Position numbers and translations under genes: made by a program. Below the pieces are notes generated by a model. The model had not been told where the DNA came from. It ran no database searches and saw nothing but the letters and a program-made list of their open reading frames with translations. From Candidatus Parcubacteria bacterium (GTDB lineage Bacteria > Patescibacteriota > Minisyncoccia > Phycocordibacterales > UBA918), in assembly GCA_021731405.1 (NCBI GenBank), contig JAKFXN010000001.1, positions 102,343 through 166,342 of the forward strand: a stretch of DNA of 64,000 nt. Reading direction: 5' to 3'. Below are positions 30,750 through 39,487 of this stretch, in pieces. Numbering within the stretch: the stretch's first letter is position 1; every line of letters begins with the position of its first letter.

Positions 30750-32063
30750 CTATTTTGTCAACAAATCAGCTACTTTGGTGATATCACCCGCCCCCATTAC
30801 CACTACCACCTCATCTGTAGAGGCCCTTTTCTTAACCGCTTCGGCTAAGGCACCATGGGTTAGAAAGCACTCCGCTTCAATACCAGCTTTGGTTAGAGCC
30901 TCTGCTAGCTGTTCACTTGATACCCCTGAAGTGTTTTCTTCGCGCGCTGCATAGATAGGAAGCATATACACTTTGTCTGCTTTGGAAAGAGCGCTCACAA
31001 AGTCAGTAAAGAGTTCGTGAGTGCGACTATAGGTATGTGATTGAAAAACTACCGTTAGTTTTTTGGTTGGATAGAGTTCACGAACACCAGCAATGGTAGC
31101 TGTTATTTCAGTTGGATGATGAGCATAGTCATCATAGACTGGCACCTTAGCAACATCAGTCACAAAATCTCCTTTGTATTCAAATCGTCGCCACGTACCA
31201 GCAAAATACTCAAGTGCGGTAGCTACTACTTCGGGCTTTATTTTAAGAGTACTCGCCACTGCTGCGGCTGCGGCGGCATTGAGGCGGTTGTGTATACCAG
31301 GCTGCCGAAGCGGAAGCAAAAGGTCGATATATGTTCGGTAATCTACAACTGTAGCTTTTACTCCTTCTAGCACCGCTTTGCTGTTTGGGTGAGCGGTATC
31401 AATAACAATAAAACCGCTCTCTGGCACACTGAGCGCAAGTGTATGAAAGGCGTCTTGTACATCGGCCAAATCTTTGTAGTAGTCGACATGTTCAAATTCA
31501 ATATTAGTTACCACGAGGATATCTGGCTTCAGATGAAGAAAGTCTCGTTTGTATTCACACGCCTCAACAACTGCGTACTGACTTTTGCCGCCACGAAAAT
31601 TACTACCAGTCTTTGCTCTTAGTGAGCCAATAACCGCAGTAGGATCAAGTCCCGCTTCCTCAAGTACATCAGTCAGCATGGCGGTCGTAGTTGTCTTACC
31701 GTGGGTACCCGCTACCGCAATAAGGTAATACGGATTGGCTACGAGTCCTAGTGCTTCAAAATAATTCATCATCGGTACCCCAAGCGCACGGGCCGCTTTC
31801 ATCTCTTCATGCGCCTCTGACATCGCTTCGGTATACACCACCATATCTATGTCAGTCGAAATATTTGAAGACAACTGTTGCGGAAAAAAAACGACCCCCT
31901 CAGTTTCTAGAGCTTCAGTAATTTGTGACGCGGCTCTATCACTCCCCCGCACCTGCTTTTTTTCTCGCAAGAAAAAACGCGCGAGCGCTGACATGCCAAT
32001 TCCCCCAATCCCAATAAAATGGATGGTTTGTACTTTTGTAATATCGACAGAGGAGTTATTCAT
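30750..32063 (-). CDS. murC: UDP-N-acetylmuramate--L-alanine ligase
   Basis: IHFIGIGGIGMSALARFF...GTHGKTTTTAM. Confidence 0.9.
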   Translation of the reverse strand: MNNSSVDITKVQTIHFIGIGGIGMSALARFFLREKKQVRGSDRAASQITEALETEGVVFFPQQLSSNISTDIDMVVYTEAMSEAHEEMKAARALGVPMMNYFEALGLVANPYYLIAVAGTHGKTTTTAMLTDVLEEAGLDPTAVIGSLRAKTGSNFRGGKSQYAVVEACEYKRDFLHLKPDILVVTNIEFEHVDYYKDLADVQDAFHTLALSVPESGFIVIDTAHPNSKAVLEGVKATVVDYRTYIDLLLPLRQPGIHNRLNAAAAAAVASTLKIKPEVVATALEYFAGTWRRFEYKGDFVTDVAKVPVYDDYAHHPTEITATIAGVRELYPTKKLTVVFQSHTYSRTHELFTDFVSALSKADKVYMLPIYAAREENTSGVSSEQLAEALTKAGIEAECFLTHGALAEAVKKRASTDEVVVVMGAGDITKVADLLTK

Positions 32064-33420
32064 GAGTAGCCATTAGCTGCATAAATTCATCATTTCGTTC
32101 GTACTCATTTTTGTACTGGGCAAAGCTTGCAAAGGCTGGCGAAAACAAAATACAATCGGGCGCCACCGCTGCTAGTTTTGCTTCTTCCACCGCTTGCGTC
32201 AAATTCTCAACGACTACTACCTCAGTAAACCCAAGTGAAGTTAGCTCGACCAGTAATCGGTCGGTGCCGCTACCTGGTGTCAAAAGTACTAACTTAGCAT
32301 GAGCAGCAATAGCTTCTGCCAACTTACTACTATCAATATTTTTATCAGCTCCACCCGCTATAAGTACGATATTCTTTTCATCTCCCGCTAAAGCTTCAAG
32401 CGCAACCGTGGTAGCTTGCGGCGTAGTGGCATTATTGTCGTTAAAAACCCGAACTCCATTTAAAGTACCTATAAGTTGCAAACGTCCTTCTACCCCAGGG
32501 AAAGAAGCTAGACCTGAGAATATTTCTTCTTCAGTTAAGCCCATTGCCAAAAGTGCTTCGTACGCTAGAGCAGCGTTAAGGCGGTTGTGTTCACCCGGCA
32601 TCGAGAGCAGCATGTCCTCAGGAAGTACTGACGCGTCAGCTAAGATAACTTCTTGTCCAAGCGTTTCTTTTGGTAAGTAAGTTTTGGTCATCTCAAATAC
32701 TTCAGGTGTAGTCACGAGTACTCCACTCTCCTCTTGGTGCAAAAAGATCTGCGCTTTGTCCTTGAAGTACAGTGCCATCGCTTCAGCCTTACTCTTGCCG
32801 CCACGTTCGTAGTAATTGAGGTGATCTTCCATAAAGTTTGTGAAGACCGCCACATGCGGACTTATCTCTGCCCAGCCGAATCCTTGGAGCTGCCATGAAT
32901 CAAGCTCCATAACACAAAGAGAATCTTCAGCCACTTTTGAAAGGAGTTGGAGATTTGAAACCCCACGCACATTTCCTCCAAGAAGAATTTCTTCACCCGT
33001 AGCTACAGAGAGCACGTGATGAACCATATGTGTCACAGTACTCTTGCCGCGTGTACCTGTAATACCGATAATCGGAATGCCAGAAAGCTTCGCAAACAGC
33101 GCAGCGCTTTGTGCCAAAGGCGCACCAGCTTTTTTTGCCACTTCAAGATATACCGAGTCCATTGGCACACCAGCTGCGACGAGCACCAAATCGGTATCAG
33201 AAAAGTTTTCTTCTTTATGTCCACCAAGGACAAATCGAATATTTGAAAGATCAGAAAGCTCCGCTACTGAAGACGCGAGCTCGGTCTCAGTCTTGAGATC
33301 AGTCACAATTACTTCTTTAGCACCGCTCTCAGCAATATAGCGCGCATCACCAATACCCCGACCGAGCAGACCAAGCCCCATAACGGTAATTCTTTTATCT
33401 TTAAAGTAGTCAGTTTGCAT
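32056..33420 (-). CDS. murD: UDP-N-acetylmuramoylalanine--D-glutamate ligase
   Basis: ITVMGLGLLGRGIG...IGITGTRGKSTVTHM. Confidence 0.85.
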   Translation of the reverse strand: MQTDYFKDKRITVMGLGLLGRGIGDARYIAESGAKEVIVTDLKTETELASSVAELSDLSNIRFVLGGHKEENFSDTDLVLVAAGVPMDSVYLEVAKKAGAPLAQSAALFAKLSGIPIIGITGTRGKSTVTHMVHHVLSVATGEEILLGGNVRGVSNLQLLSKVAEDSLCVMELDSWQLQGFGWAEISPHVAVFTNFMEDHLNYYERGGKSKAEAMALYFKDKAQIFLHQEESGVLVTTPEVFEMTKTYLPKETLGQEVILADASVLPEDMLLSMPGEHNRLNAALAYEALLAMGLTEEEIFSGLASFPGVEGRLQLIGTLNGVRVFNDNNATTPQATTVALEALAGDEKNIVLIAGGADKNIDSSKLAEAIAAHAKLVLLTPGSGTDRLLVELTSLGFTEVVVVENLTQAVEEAKLAAVAPDCILFSPAFASFAQYKNEYERNDEFMQLMATHE

Positions 33421-33493
33421 ATCCTACTATCATACGGAAAATTGTTGTAATTACCACCGTCAAACAAAAAGACATGATAAACTCTTTACAGAT

Positions 33494-34069
33494 ATGACCA
33501 AACGTAAAAAAGCCTTTAATGTCTTTCTTTTCCTTCTCATTCTCGGAGGTGGTTTAACGGCGTCATTTTTCCTTTCCCAGTACGTAGCCAGCAACAACGG
33601 CTCACAGGTACTCATTCAAGAGTTTGGTCATGTTGGCATCTTACTCATCAGCTTTATTGCTGGTCTCAACCTCTTTATCCCAATCCCAGCCGCCACCTTT
33701 GTTCCTGTGTTCACCGCTGGTGGAATCTCCCTCTTTGAAATCATCGTTCTCCTCGTTGTCGGTACCATGGCAGCTAATTTACTTTCTTATTTTCTTGGTC
33801 GGTACGGTGGAAAAATCACCCATACTCACTACCCCGAACTGCAAAAGAAATTAGTGGCGCTCTACACCAAACGAAAAGAATGGTTAGTGTATTTTGTATT
33901 TTTGTTTACCGCGCTCATGCCACTCCCTGACGAAGTATTCCTTATTCCTCTTGGAATTATCGGTGTAAGACTCCAGCAGTTTATTGTTCCCCTCGTGCTG
34001 GGCACTATTTGTTATCAAACACTCGCTGCTTTTGGCATCCACAACATCTTTAAGTTCCTTTTGGTCTAA
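33494..34069 (+). CDS. DedA/VTT (SNARE-associated) family membrane protein
   Basis: 191 aa, multi-TM, GHVGILLISFIAGLNLFIPIP and GRYGG motifs. Confidence 0.55.
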   Translation: MTKRKKAFNVFLFLLILGGGLTASFFLSQYVASNNGSQVLIQEFGHVGILLISFIAGLNLFIPIPAATFVPVFTAGGISLFEIIVLLVVGTMAANLLSYFLGRYGGKITHTHYPELQKKLVALYTKRKEWLVYFVFLFTALMPLPDEVFLIPLGIIGVRLQQFIVPLVLGTICYQTLAAFGIHNIFKFLLV

Positions 34070-34137
34070 AAAGACCTCATTTCTACATAAGGTGGAAAAA
34101 CCCCCTTCCCCACATCCACTTTGCTATACTTTAGTAT

Positions 34138-34338
34138 ATGCCATCAAAAAAATTAGAGCAGTATAAATATTTCCAACCCATTGCTTGGACTCTGTGCCTG
34201 AGCTTCGCTGGATTTGTCGGCATGCTCGCTCTCCAATTAGAAACCCAAGTACAAAAGTTTAATACTTCAGCCATTAGCTTCGAGCAACGCCTCACTAACA
34301 TTGAAGAAATAGTCGGTGCCGTCCCGCAGTCTGAATAA
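34138..34338 (+). CDS. Small single-TM hypothetical protein
   Basis: 66 aa; followed by hairpin+T-tract terminator ~34347-34380. Confidence 0.25.
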   Translation: MPSKKLEQYKYFQPIAWTLCLSFAGFVGMLALQLETQVQKFNTSAISFEQRLTNIEEIVGAVPQSE

Positions 34339-34399
34339 TATCCAACAAAACCCCGCTCCTAAGAGCGGGGTTTTGCATTTATAAAAGACGGCCTAGGAC

Positions 34400-34428
34400 T
34401 TACATTTTTTTAGAGTTTCTGCTATAGT
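34400..34428 (+). promoter_or_regulatory. Sigma70-like promoter for tRNA-Ile (TTACAT-17-TATAGT)
   Basis: Hexamers with 17-nt spacer ~34 nt upstream of tRNA 5' end. Confidence 0.45.
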
Positions 34429-34461
34429 AGCGAGCACTTGAAGTGACGTAGAAGCCCGTGT

Positions 34462-34534
34462 GCGCGCTTAGCTCAGCTGGTAGAGCATTCGACTGATACT
34501 CGAAAGGTCCTAGGTTCGACCCCTAGAGCGCGCA
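34462..34534 (+). tRNA. tRNA-Ile (anticodon GAT)
   Basis: Cloverleaf read directly: acceptor GCGCGCT/AGCGCGC, D-arm GCTC-AGCTGGTA-GAGC, anticodon loop CTGATAC, T-arm CTAGG-TTCGACC-CCTAG; CCA not encoded; flanked by extra complementary bases cccgtgt/acacggg. Confidence 0.85.
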
Positions 34535-34666
34535 CACGGGCTTTTACTCTGTCTCGGTACAACTACTTTTGTGCTCAAAGTCCTAGGTCTTGCGGAAGCA
34601 ACAAATTTTAAACATAAGAAAAGCCCCCGAGTTGAAACTCAGAGGGCTTTTTCAGTTGTGCGCGGC

Positions 34667-34897
34667 TTAGGCCTTTGCCCAAATGGCGCGGAAGAACGAA
34701 CGCACGATGTAGTTCTGGGGAAACACCTTCGCTGCGTAGAACAGGAGCACGGCCGAGATCGCGAGCGACTCCCAACCTTGACCGTTTCTGAACAACGTCA
34801 CGAAACTGTTGATCACCCACCAGCTGGTGAGAGTCATCAGAAACCAGGCGAGCAGGATACGGGGGGTCAGGGTTTTGACCGAGGACAGAACTTTCAT
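34667..34897 (-). CDS. Small 2-TM membrane protein (paralog A)
   Basis: 76 aa; AGGAGA SD 5 nt upstream; C-terminus VRSFFRAIW matches paralog B VRKFFAQKW; GC-rich. Confidence 0.45.
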   Translation of the reverse strand: MKVLSSVKTLTPRILLAWFLMTLTSWWVINSFVTLFRNGQGWESLAISAVLLFYAAKVFPQNYIVRSFFRAIWAKA

Positions 34898-34908
34898 GGA
34901 TGTCTCCT

Positions 34909-35007
34909 TTATTTGAAGGCTGTTGAGCCGACGATGACAATGGCAAGGAACACGAGGGTGGCAACAGTCATGAGAGGCTCATACCACCACGGACGAATTT
35001 TCTTCAT
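34909..35007 (-). CDS. Putative 32-aa hydrophobic peptide (MKKIRPWWYEPLMTVATLVFLAIVIVGSTAFK)
   Basis: Located between promoter A and paralog A; stop abuts the SD of paralog A. Confidence 0.25.
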   Translation of the reverse strand: MKKIRPWWYEPLMTVATLVFLAIVIVGSTAFK

Positions 35008-35044
35008 TTGAAACGTGCCGCTAGGGCGTTGTTTATCTACCACT

Positions 35045-35073
35045 ATAGTAGCATATTTTTACCCTAAAGTCAA
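35045..35073 (-). promoter_or_regulatory. Consensus sigma70 promoter A (TTGACT-17-TACTAT) for the small-protein operon
   Basis: Read on minus strand; part of a ~55-nt element duplicated at 35410-35470. Confidence 0.5.
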
Positions 35074-35124
35074 TGACTCTCGCCTCTTCCCTAGGTCGGT
35101 CCTAGGGAAGGCAGTGGACATAAG

Positions 35125-35157
35125 AAGAGGCCAAAACACTTCGTGTTTTGGCCTCTT
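35125..35157 (-). terminator. 15-bp perfect hairpin (aagaggccaaaacac/gtgttttggcctctt), putative terminator
   Basis: Between paralog B stop and promoter A; adjacent second palindrome ccctagg-tcggt-cctaggg at ~35089-35107; no clear U-tract. Confidence 0.35.
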
Positions 35158-35175
35158 GAGCTTGGTCTTTGCTCA

Positions 35176-35406
35176 TCAGTAGAACCTGGTTGTGAGAGCA
35201 TCCCACTTCTGAGCAAAGAACTTGCGCACAGGGTCGTGCCTCGGTCGCCAAGCAATGTTGTAAAACATCACCACCAGCAAGGAGGCAAAGAGGATACAGA
35301 CTGACAACGCTGCTGACCAGTCTTTGAACCCGAAGGTGACAACAAGCAGCAGGAGGCAGAGCTGGAAGACCCCAATCAGCACCAGTACCAGATTTCGAGC
35401 GGACAT
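35176..35406 (-). CDS. Small 2-TM membrane protein (paralog B)
   Basis: Start at MSARNL; GGAGAA SD; paralogous to 34667-34897. Confidence 0.45.
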   Translation of the reverse strand: MSARNLVLVLIGVFQLCLLLLVVTFGFKDWSAALSVCILFASLLVVMFYNIAWRPRHDPVRKFFAQKWDALTTRFY

Positions 35407-35438
35407 TTCGTTCTCCAAGGGTTGTTTATCTGTCCTAA

Positions 35439-35467
35439 ATAATAGCACAATTTATGCTTAAAGTCAA
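35439..35467 (-). promoter_or_regulatory. Consensus sigma70 promoter B (TTGACT-17-TATTAT)
   Basis: Minus-strand reading; duplicated copy of promoter A element including downstream GATAAACAAC leader. Confidence 0.5.
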
Positions 35468-35516
35468 TGTTAGTACCAAGACCGTCTCCCTCTTAGATAA
35501 GCTATACTATAGTTAT

Positions 35517-35903
35517 ATGAAATTATACCTGTTTGCTGTAAGCCTTTTTATTCTCACTCCTTCCTTCGCCTTGGCACAGTTTTCCCCTTCTCTCCAAAAC
35601 TTCTTCCGTGGTTTGATGACCTTTTTTGACTCAACACTTATCCCATTCATGTTTGGGATCGCCTTTCTTATTTTTGCCATCAATGTCGTTCGCTACTTTG
35701 TGGCCGGCGCAGGCAATAAAGATGTTCAGGAAAACGCTAAGAGTGTCGCCCTTTATGGAGTAATGGCTTTTGTCTTCATAACTATTTTCTGGGGAATTGT
35801 AAATATGTTTGTGGATTCTACCGGACTCGAAGGCTGCCGACCTATCACCTCTGATTACGTCCAAAATAAATTCATGGGACCGCCTCTCCCACCGTGTCCA
35901 TAA
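35517..35903 (+). CDS. VirB2/TrbC-like T4SS pilin candidate
   Basis: Start at MKLYLF...; signal peptide ending ALAQ, then two hydrophobic helices separated by AGAGNKDVQEN; size and topology match TrbC/VirB2 pilins. Confidence 0.45.
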   Translation: MKLYLFAVSLFILTPSFALAQFSPSLQNFFRGLMTFFDSTLIPFMFGIAFLIFAINVVRYFVAGAGNKDVQENAKSVALYGVMAFVFITIFWGIVNMFVDSTGLEGCRPITSDYVQNKFMGPPLPPCP

Positions 35904-36232
35904 GAAGTATTTCTTCTTAAAGTTGGTAGACACAAAAAAAGACCAGCGCCCAAAGGCGCTGGTCTTTTTACGTATGCAAATTTTTGCAAAAGAGATAGCG
36001 TCCAGCGATTTTCTCTGGGGAGAAAAAATCGGGACGTAAATTCTGAATAGTCGCTTGCGCTCTTTTCATCATTTAACACTCTTTTGTCTTATCCTAAAAG
36101 TCCGGTCTTTCCCTGGGGTCTGATACCATTTCAGAGAATTGAGTATCATCTCTCGTTTTGTGCTCAATTGAGGCACAAAACATCGACCAATTAGCCGTGA
36201 GTTATAGGGTCACCCCTATAATCCGACGTGTC

Positions 36233-37696
36233 CAATTGGAATTAATCCACGACCAGCTTCCGCTAGCCGTGCCTTGTTACGACTTAGTCCTTGTTATCGA
36301 GCTTACCGTCGGCCCACGCGAGGTGGGACTTCGGGCACTCCCGACTCCCCTGACTTGACGGGCGGTGAGTACAAGGCTCGGGAACGTATTCACCGCGGCG
36401 TTGCTGATCCGCGATTACTAGCGATTCCGGCTTCATGAGGGCGAGTTGCAGCCCTCAATCCGAACTGAGGATGGTTTTATTAGGATTTGCTCCACATTAC
36501 TGTATTGCGTCCCGTTGTACCACCCATTGTATCACGTGTGCAGCCCAAGACATCAAGGGACATGCTGACCTGGCGTCATCCTCACCTTCCTCTCCCGTGA
36601 GGGAGCAGTCTCGTGTGATACTTATAACACACAACGAGGGTTGCGTTCGTTTCCCCACTTAAGGGAACAGCTCAAGCCACGAACTGACGACGGCCATGCA
36701 TCACCTGCTATACACCCTCGAAGGCTTCCTAGGTTTCCCTAGGCGTGCAGTATAGTTTCTAGTCTTGGTAAGGTTCTTCGCTTATCGACGAATTAAGCCA
36801 CATGATCCACCGCTTGTGCGAGCCCCCGTCTATTCCTTTGAGTTTTAATCTTGCGATCGTACTACCCAGGCGGTCTGTTTAACGCGTTAGCTTCGCCACA
36901 GAGAGGGTCGATACTCCCTATAGCCAACAGACAGCGTTTAGGGCGTGGACTACGCGGGTATCTAATCCGCTTCGCTACCCACGCTTTCGTGCCTCAGCGT
37001 CAAGAATGTGCCAGTAAGCTGCCTTCGCATTTGGTATTCCCCATGATATCAACGGATTTCACCCCTACACCATGAGTTCTGCTTACCTCTCACACCTTCT
37101 AGTTATACCGTTTCAAATGCGAGCCTGGGGTTGAGCCCCAGAATTTAACACCTGACTAATATAACCGCCTACGCACCCTTTACGCCCAGTAAATCCGGAT
37201 AATGCTTGGGGCCTCTGTATTACCGCTCCTGCTGGCACAGAGTTAGGAGCCCCTTATTCATGAGGTAACGTCAATAAAATTCCTCCCTCATAAAAGGTGT
37301 TTACGTCCCTAAGGACTTCATCCACCACGCGGCGTCGCTCCGTCAGACTTTCGTCCATTGCGGAAGATTCTCGACTGCAGCCTCCCGTAGGAGTATGGAC
37401 CGTGTCGCAGTTCCATCGGTGGGGGTCAGGCTCTCACCTCCCCTAGCCGTCGTAGCCTTGGTAAGCCGTTACCTTACCAACAAGCTGATAGCCCGCAGGC
37501 CGTTCCCAAAGCGATAAATCTTTACTCCGAAGAGACCATCAAGTATTATCCCGCCTTTCGACGGGTTATCCCTGACTTTGGGGTACGTACCTACGTGTTC
37601 CTACCTCGTCTGCCATGGGCCTAAACCCATTCGACTTGCATGCCTCATCCACGCCGCCAGCATTCATCCTGAGCTAGGATCAAACTCTAATTTAAG
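36233..37696 (-). rRNA. rrs: 16S rRNA (complete, ~1.46 kb)
   Basis: 5' AGAGTTTGATCCTAGCTCAG, CTCCTACGGGAGGCTGCAG, GTGCCAGCAGGAGCGGTAA (variant 515 site), GAATACGTTCCCGAGCCTTGTACTCACCGCCCGTCA, AAGTCGTAACAAGG; short helix 44; 3' end reads GGATTAATTCC. Confidence 0.9.
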
Positions 37697-38227
37697 ACAG
37701 GGCACTAAGAGATAAATCTCTAGTGCATCTGCGTTAGTGAGACTATGCGGTACTGTACTACTTCCCGCGCTCAACTAACTATTTACCTAAAGGATAAGAC
37801 AAAAGAATGTACGACTCCTTGCGGAGTCATTGATTACTTTTGCTTAAAAATTGTGCATGCATATGTTGTTTTCTGATCAATGCTCAAAGAGTATTGTGAA
37901 TTTGATGTCGCTATTCTCTCGCTTAGAAAATCACGGAAATCAAACTACTTCATAAAACTAATATGTACGTCATATATATTGCTGTTGCACAATATATATG
38001 GATATTCAACTGCTGAAAAATCATACAGTCCCCTAACAAAATACTCGTGCAGTTAAGCAAAAGTAGCAAGTCAGAGTGTTATCAAAATACAGTGTTCTCG
38101 TTTGAAGGATTTTGCCGGAACTTACCCGAGCAAAAGGTGCCAATTGGCGCCTCTTTGTTACCTCCAATGAACAGTGACAAGCATTATACAGATACAAGAA
38201 AAATTTGCAAGTCTATTAGGGGGACAT

Positions 38228-38275
38228 AAAATAAAAGGCCCCCATCCTGAGATGAGAGCCTTCTTTTGTGGTCAC
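38228..38275 (-). terminator. Intrinsic terminator (10-bp stem with two G.U pairs, then UUUUAUUUU)
   Basis: Minus-sense ggcucucauc-ucag-gaugggggcc then U-rich run, after the island L,D-transpeptidase gene. Confidence 0.45.
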
Positions 38276-38283
38276 TTTTCTGC

Positions 38284-39099
38284 TCAAAGTGCATGTCTTT
38301 GAAACGTGTTACCACGTATCAAAACGACTTCAATCCCCTCTTTGACCGCCTGCGGACCAAGGAGATCAATGAGTTCCCGAATCGCTTCGTTAGTGAGGCG
38401 AGTGCAACCGAGCGTTTCCTGCTCCCAGAACGCTCCAGCTTTGTAGCCAGACGTGCCATGAACATGAATCGCTTCCCAACCCCGCACACCCTGCCAACTG
38501 ATGAGGAATTTTGCTTCCCCCATCATGTTGTCAGGATGCCCAGGTGGCAAACAGCCTTTTTGCAAATGCCGGTAGATGCGCCGGGCTTGCGCTTTTGGGC
38601 ACCAAGAGGGTTTGAGGTCGATGTCGCGTACCCAGCCGCGTACTTCACTGTGCGGCAAGAAACTCGGCTCGGGTGTCATGACCGCATAACCGACCACTGG
38701 CTCATAGAGACCGTCTCCAACCTTTCGGTAGTAAAGAAGCTCTTTGGCTGTGTAGTCGATGATGAGCACATGAGCTGCGTTACTTTTGACCGACATGGTT
38801 TCTGGTGGAGTGAAAACTCCACCTTCAATTACCTGTCCGCCATCAACCTGCCGCACGGTAAAGCGTCCGAAGCGGACGGTATTCTCTGTTGGTGCTTGAA
38901 GCTCCTGCGTCGTGGATAGATCAGCTGCAAAACTATTTGTCGTGCAGCCAAGGACACCCGTGACAGTCAGAGCAGCAAGGACAAGGCGGACCAGCCAATG
39001 CAGCAGAAACTCGTTCCACATCACAGTGAGTGCCGCAATGATGAAAACTACCAGACCTCCTAAAGCAAATTGATGCTTGGTTTGAGTTCGCATTCGCAT
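38284..39099 (-). CDS. L,D-transpeptidase (YkuD/ErfK family), membrane-anchored
   Basis: AIHVHGTSGYKAGAFWEQETLGCTRL canonical H-G...S/T-x-G-C-x-R motif; TAAGGAAAA SD; GC-rich. Confidence 0.7.
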   Translation of the reverse strand: MRMRTQTKHQFALGGLVVFIIAALTVMWNEFLLHWLVRLVLAALTVTGVLGCTTNSFAADLSTTQELQAPTENTVRFGRFTVRQVDGGQVIEGGVFTPPETMSVKSNAAHVLIIDYTAKELLYYRKVGDGLYEPVVGYAVMTPEPSFLPHSEVRGWVRDIDLKPSWCPKAQARRIYRHLQKGCLPPGHPDNMMGEAKFLISWQGVRGWEAIHVHGTSGYKAGAFWEQETLGCTRLTNEAIRELIDLLGPQAVKEGIEVVLIRGNTFQRHAL

Positions 39100-39487
39100 G
39101 CTATTTTCCTTATGAAGTGAAAGATCAAGACTGTGTGTATTATAACACATTTTATTAAAAAAGCAAAAAACCCAGCTGTTAGCTGAGTTTTACAATTGGT
39201 CTCTATACATAAGGAACGAAAATCTACGGAAGGATATGCAATATCTTAATAAGTTCGGGTCGCCGCCAGTAGTCAGTTTCCTGCCAGTGGTAGTCGCCTG
39301 TAAGTACTAAGATGGTGAAAAGTGGTCAAGCCAAGTTTCATCCGTGCACCTGCGCTAGATTGCCTCGTAGTTGGTCAAGCCAAAGACAAGGTCAATCGTA
39401 GACAGTTTGGTAAAAAAATAATCTTACCCAACTATCCACTAAAGAATGTGGTCACGAACGAGGACCTACGGTCCTCGTTCGTTTCCT

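Noticed and set aside
34571-35011. 146-aa + strand ORF and 118-aa minus ORF spanning the small-membrane-protein cassette
   Set aside because: They cut across the promoter/SD-defined small genes and the tRNA-proximal hairpins; products are Arg/Gly-rich and look like GC-driven artefacts
36158-37075. ORFs 36158-36358, 36435-36662, 36851-37075 inside the 16S rRNA gene
   Set aside because: They lie within a clearly identifiable rRNA; spurious translations
36233-37696. Possible self-splicing intron or homing-endonuclease insertion in the 16S (common in CPR)
   Set aside because: Gene length (~1.46 kb) and continuous collinearity of conserved blocks leave no room for an insertion; helix 44 is in fact shortened
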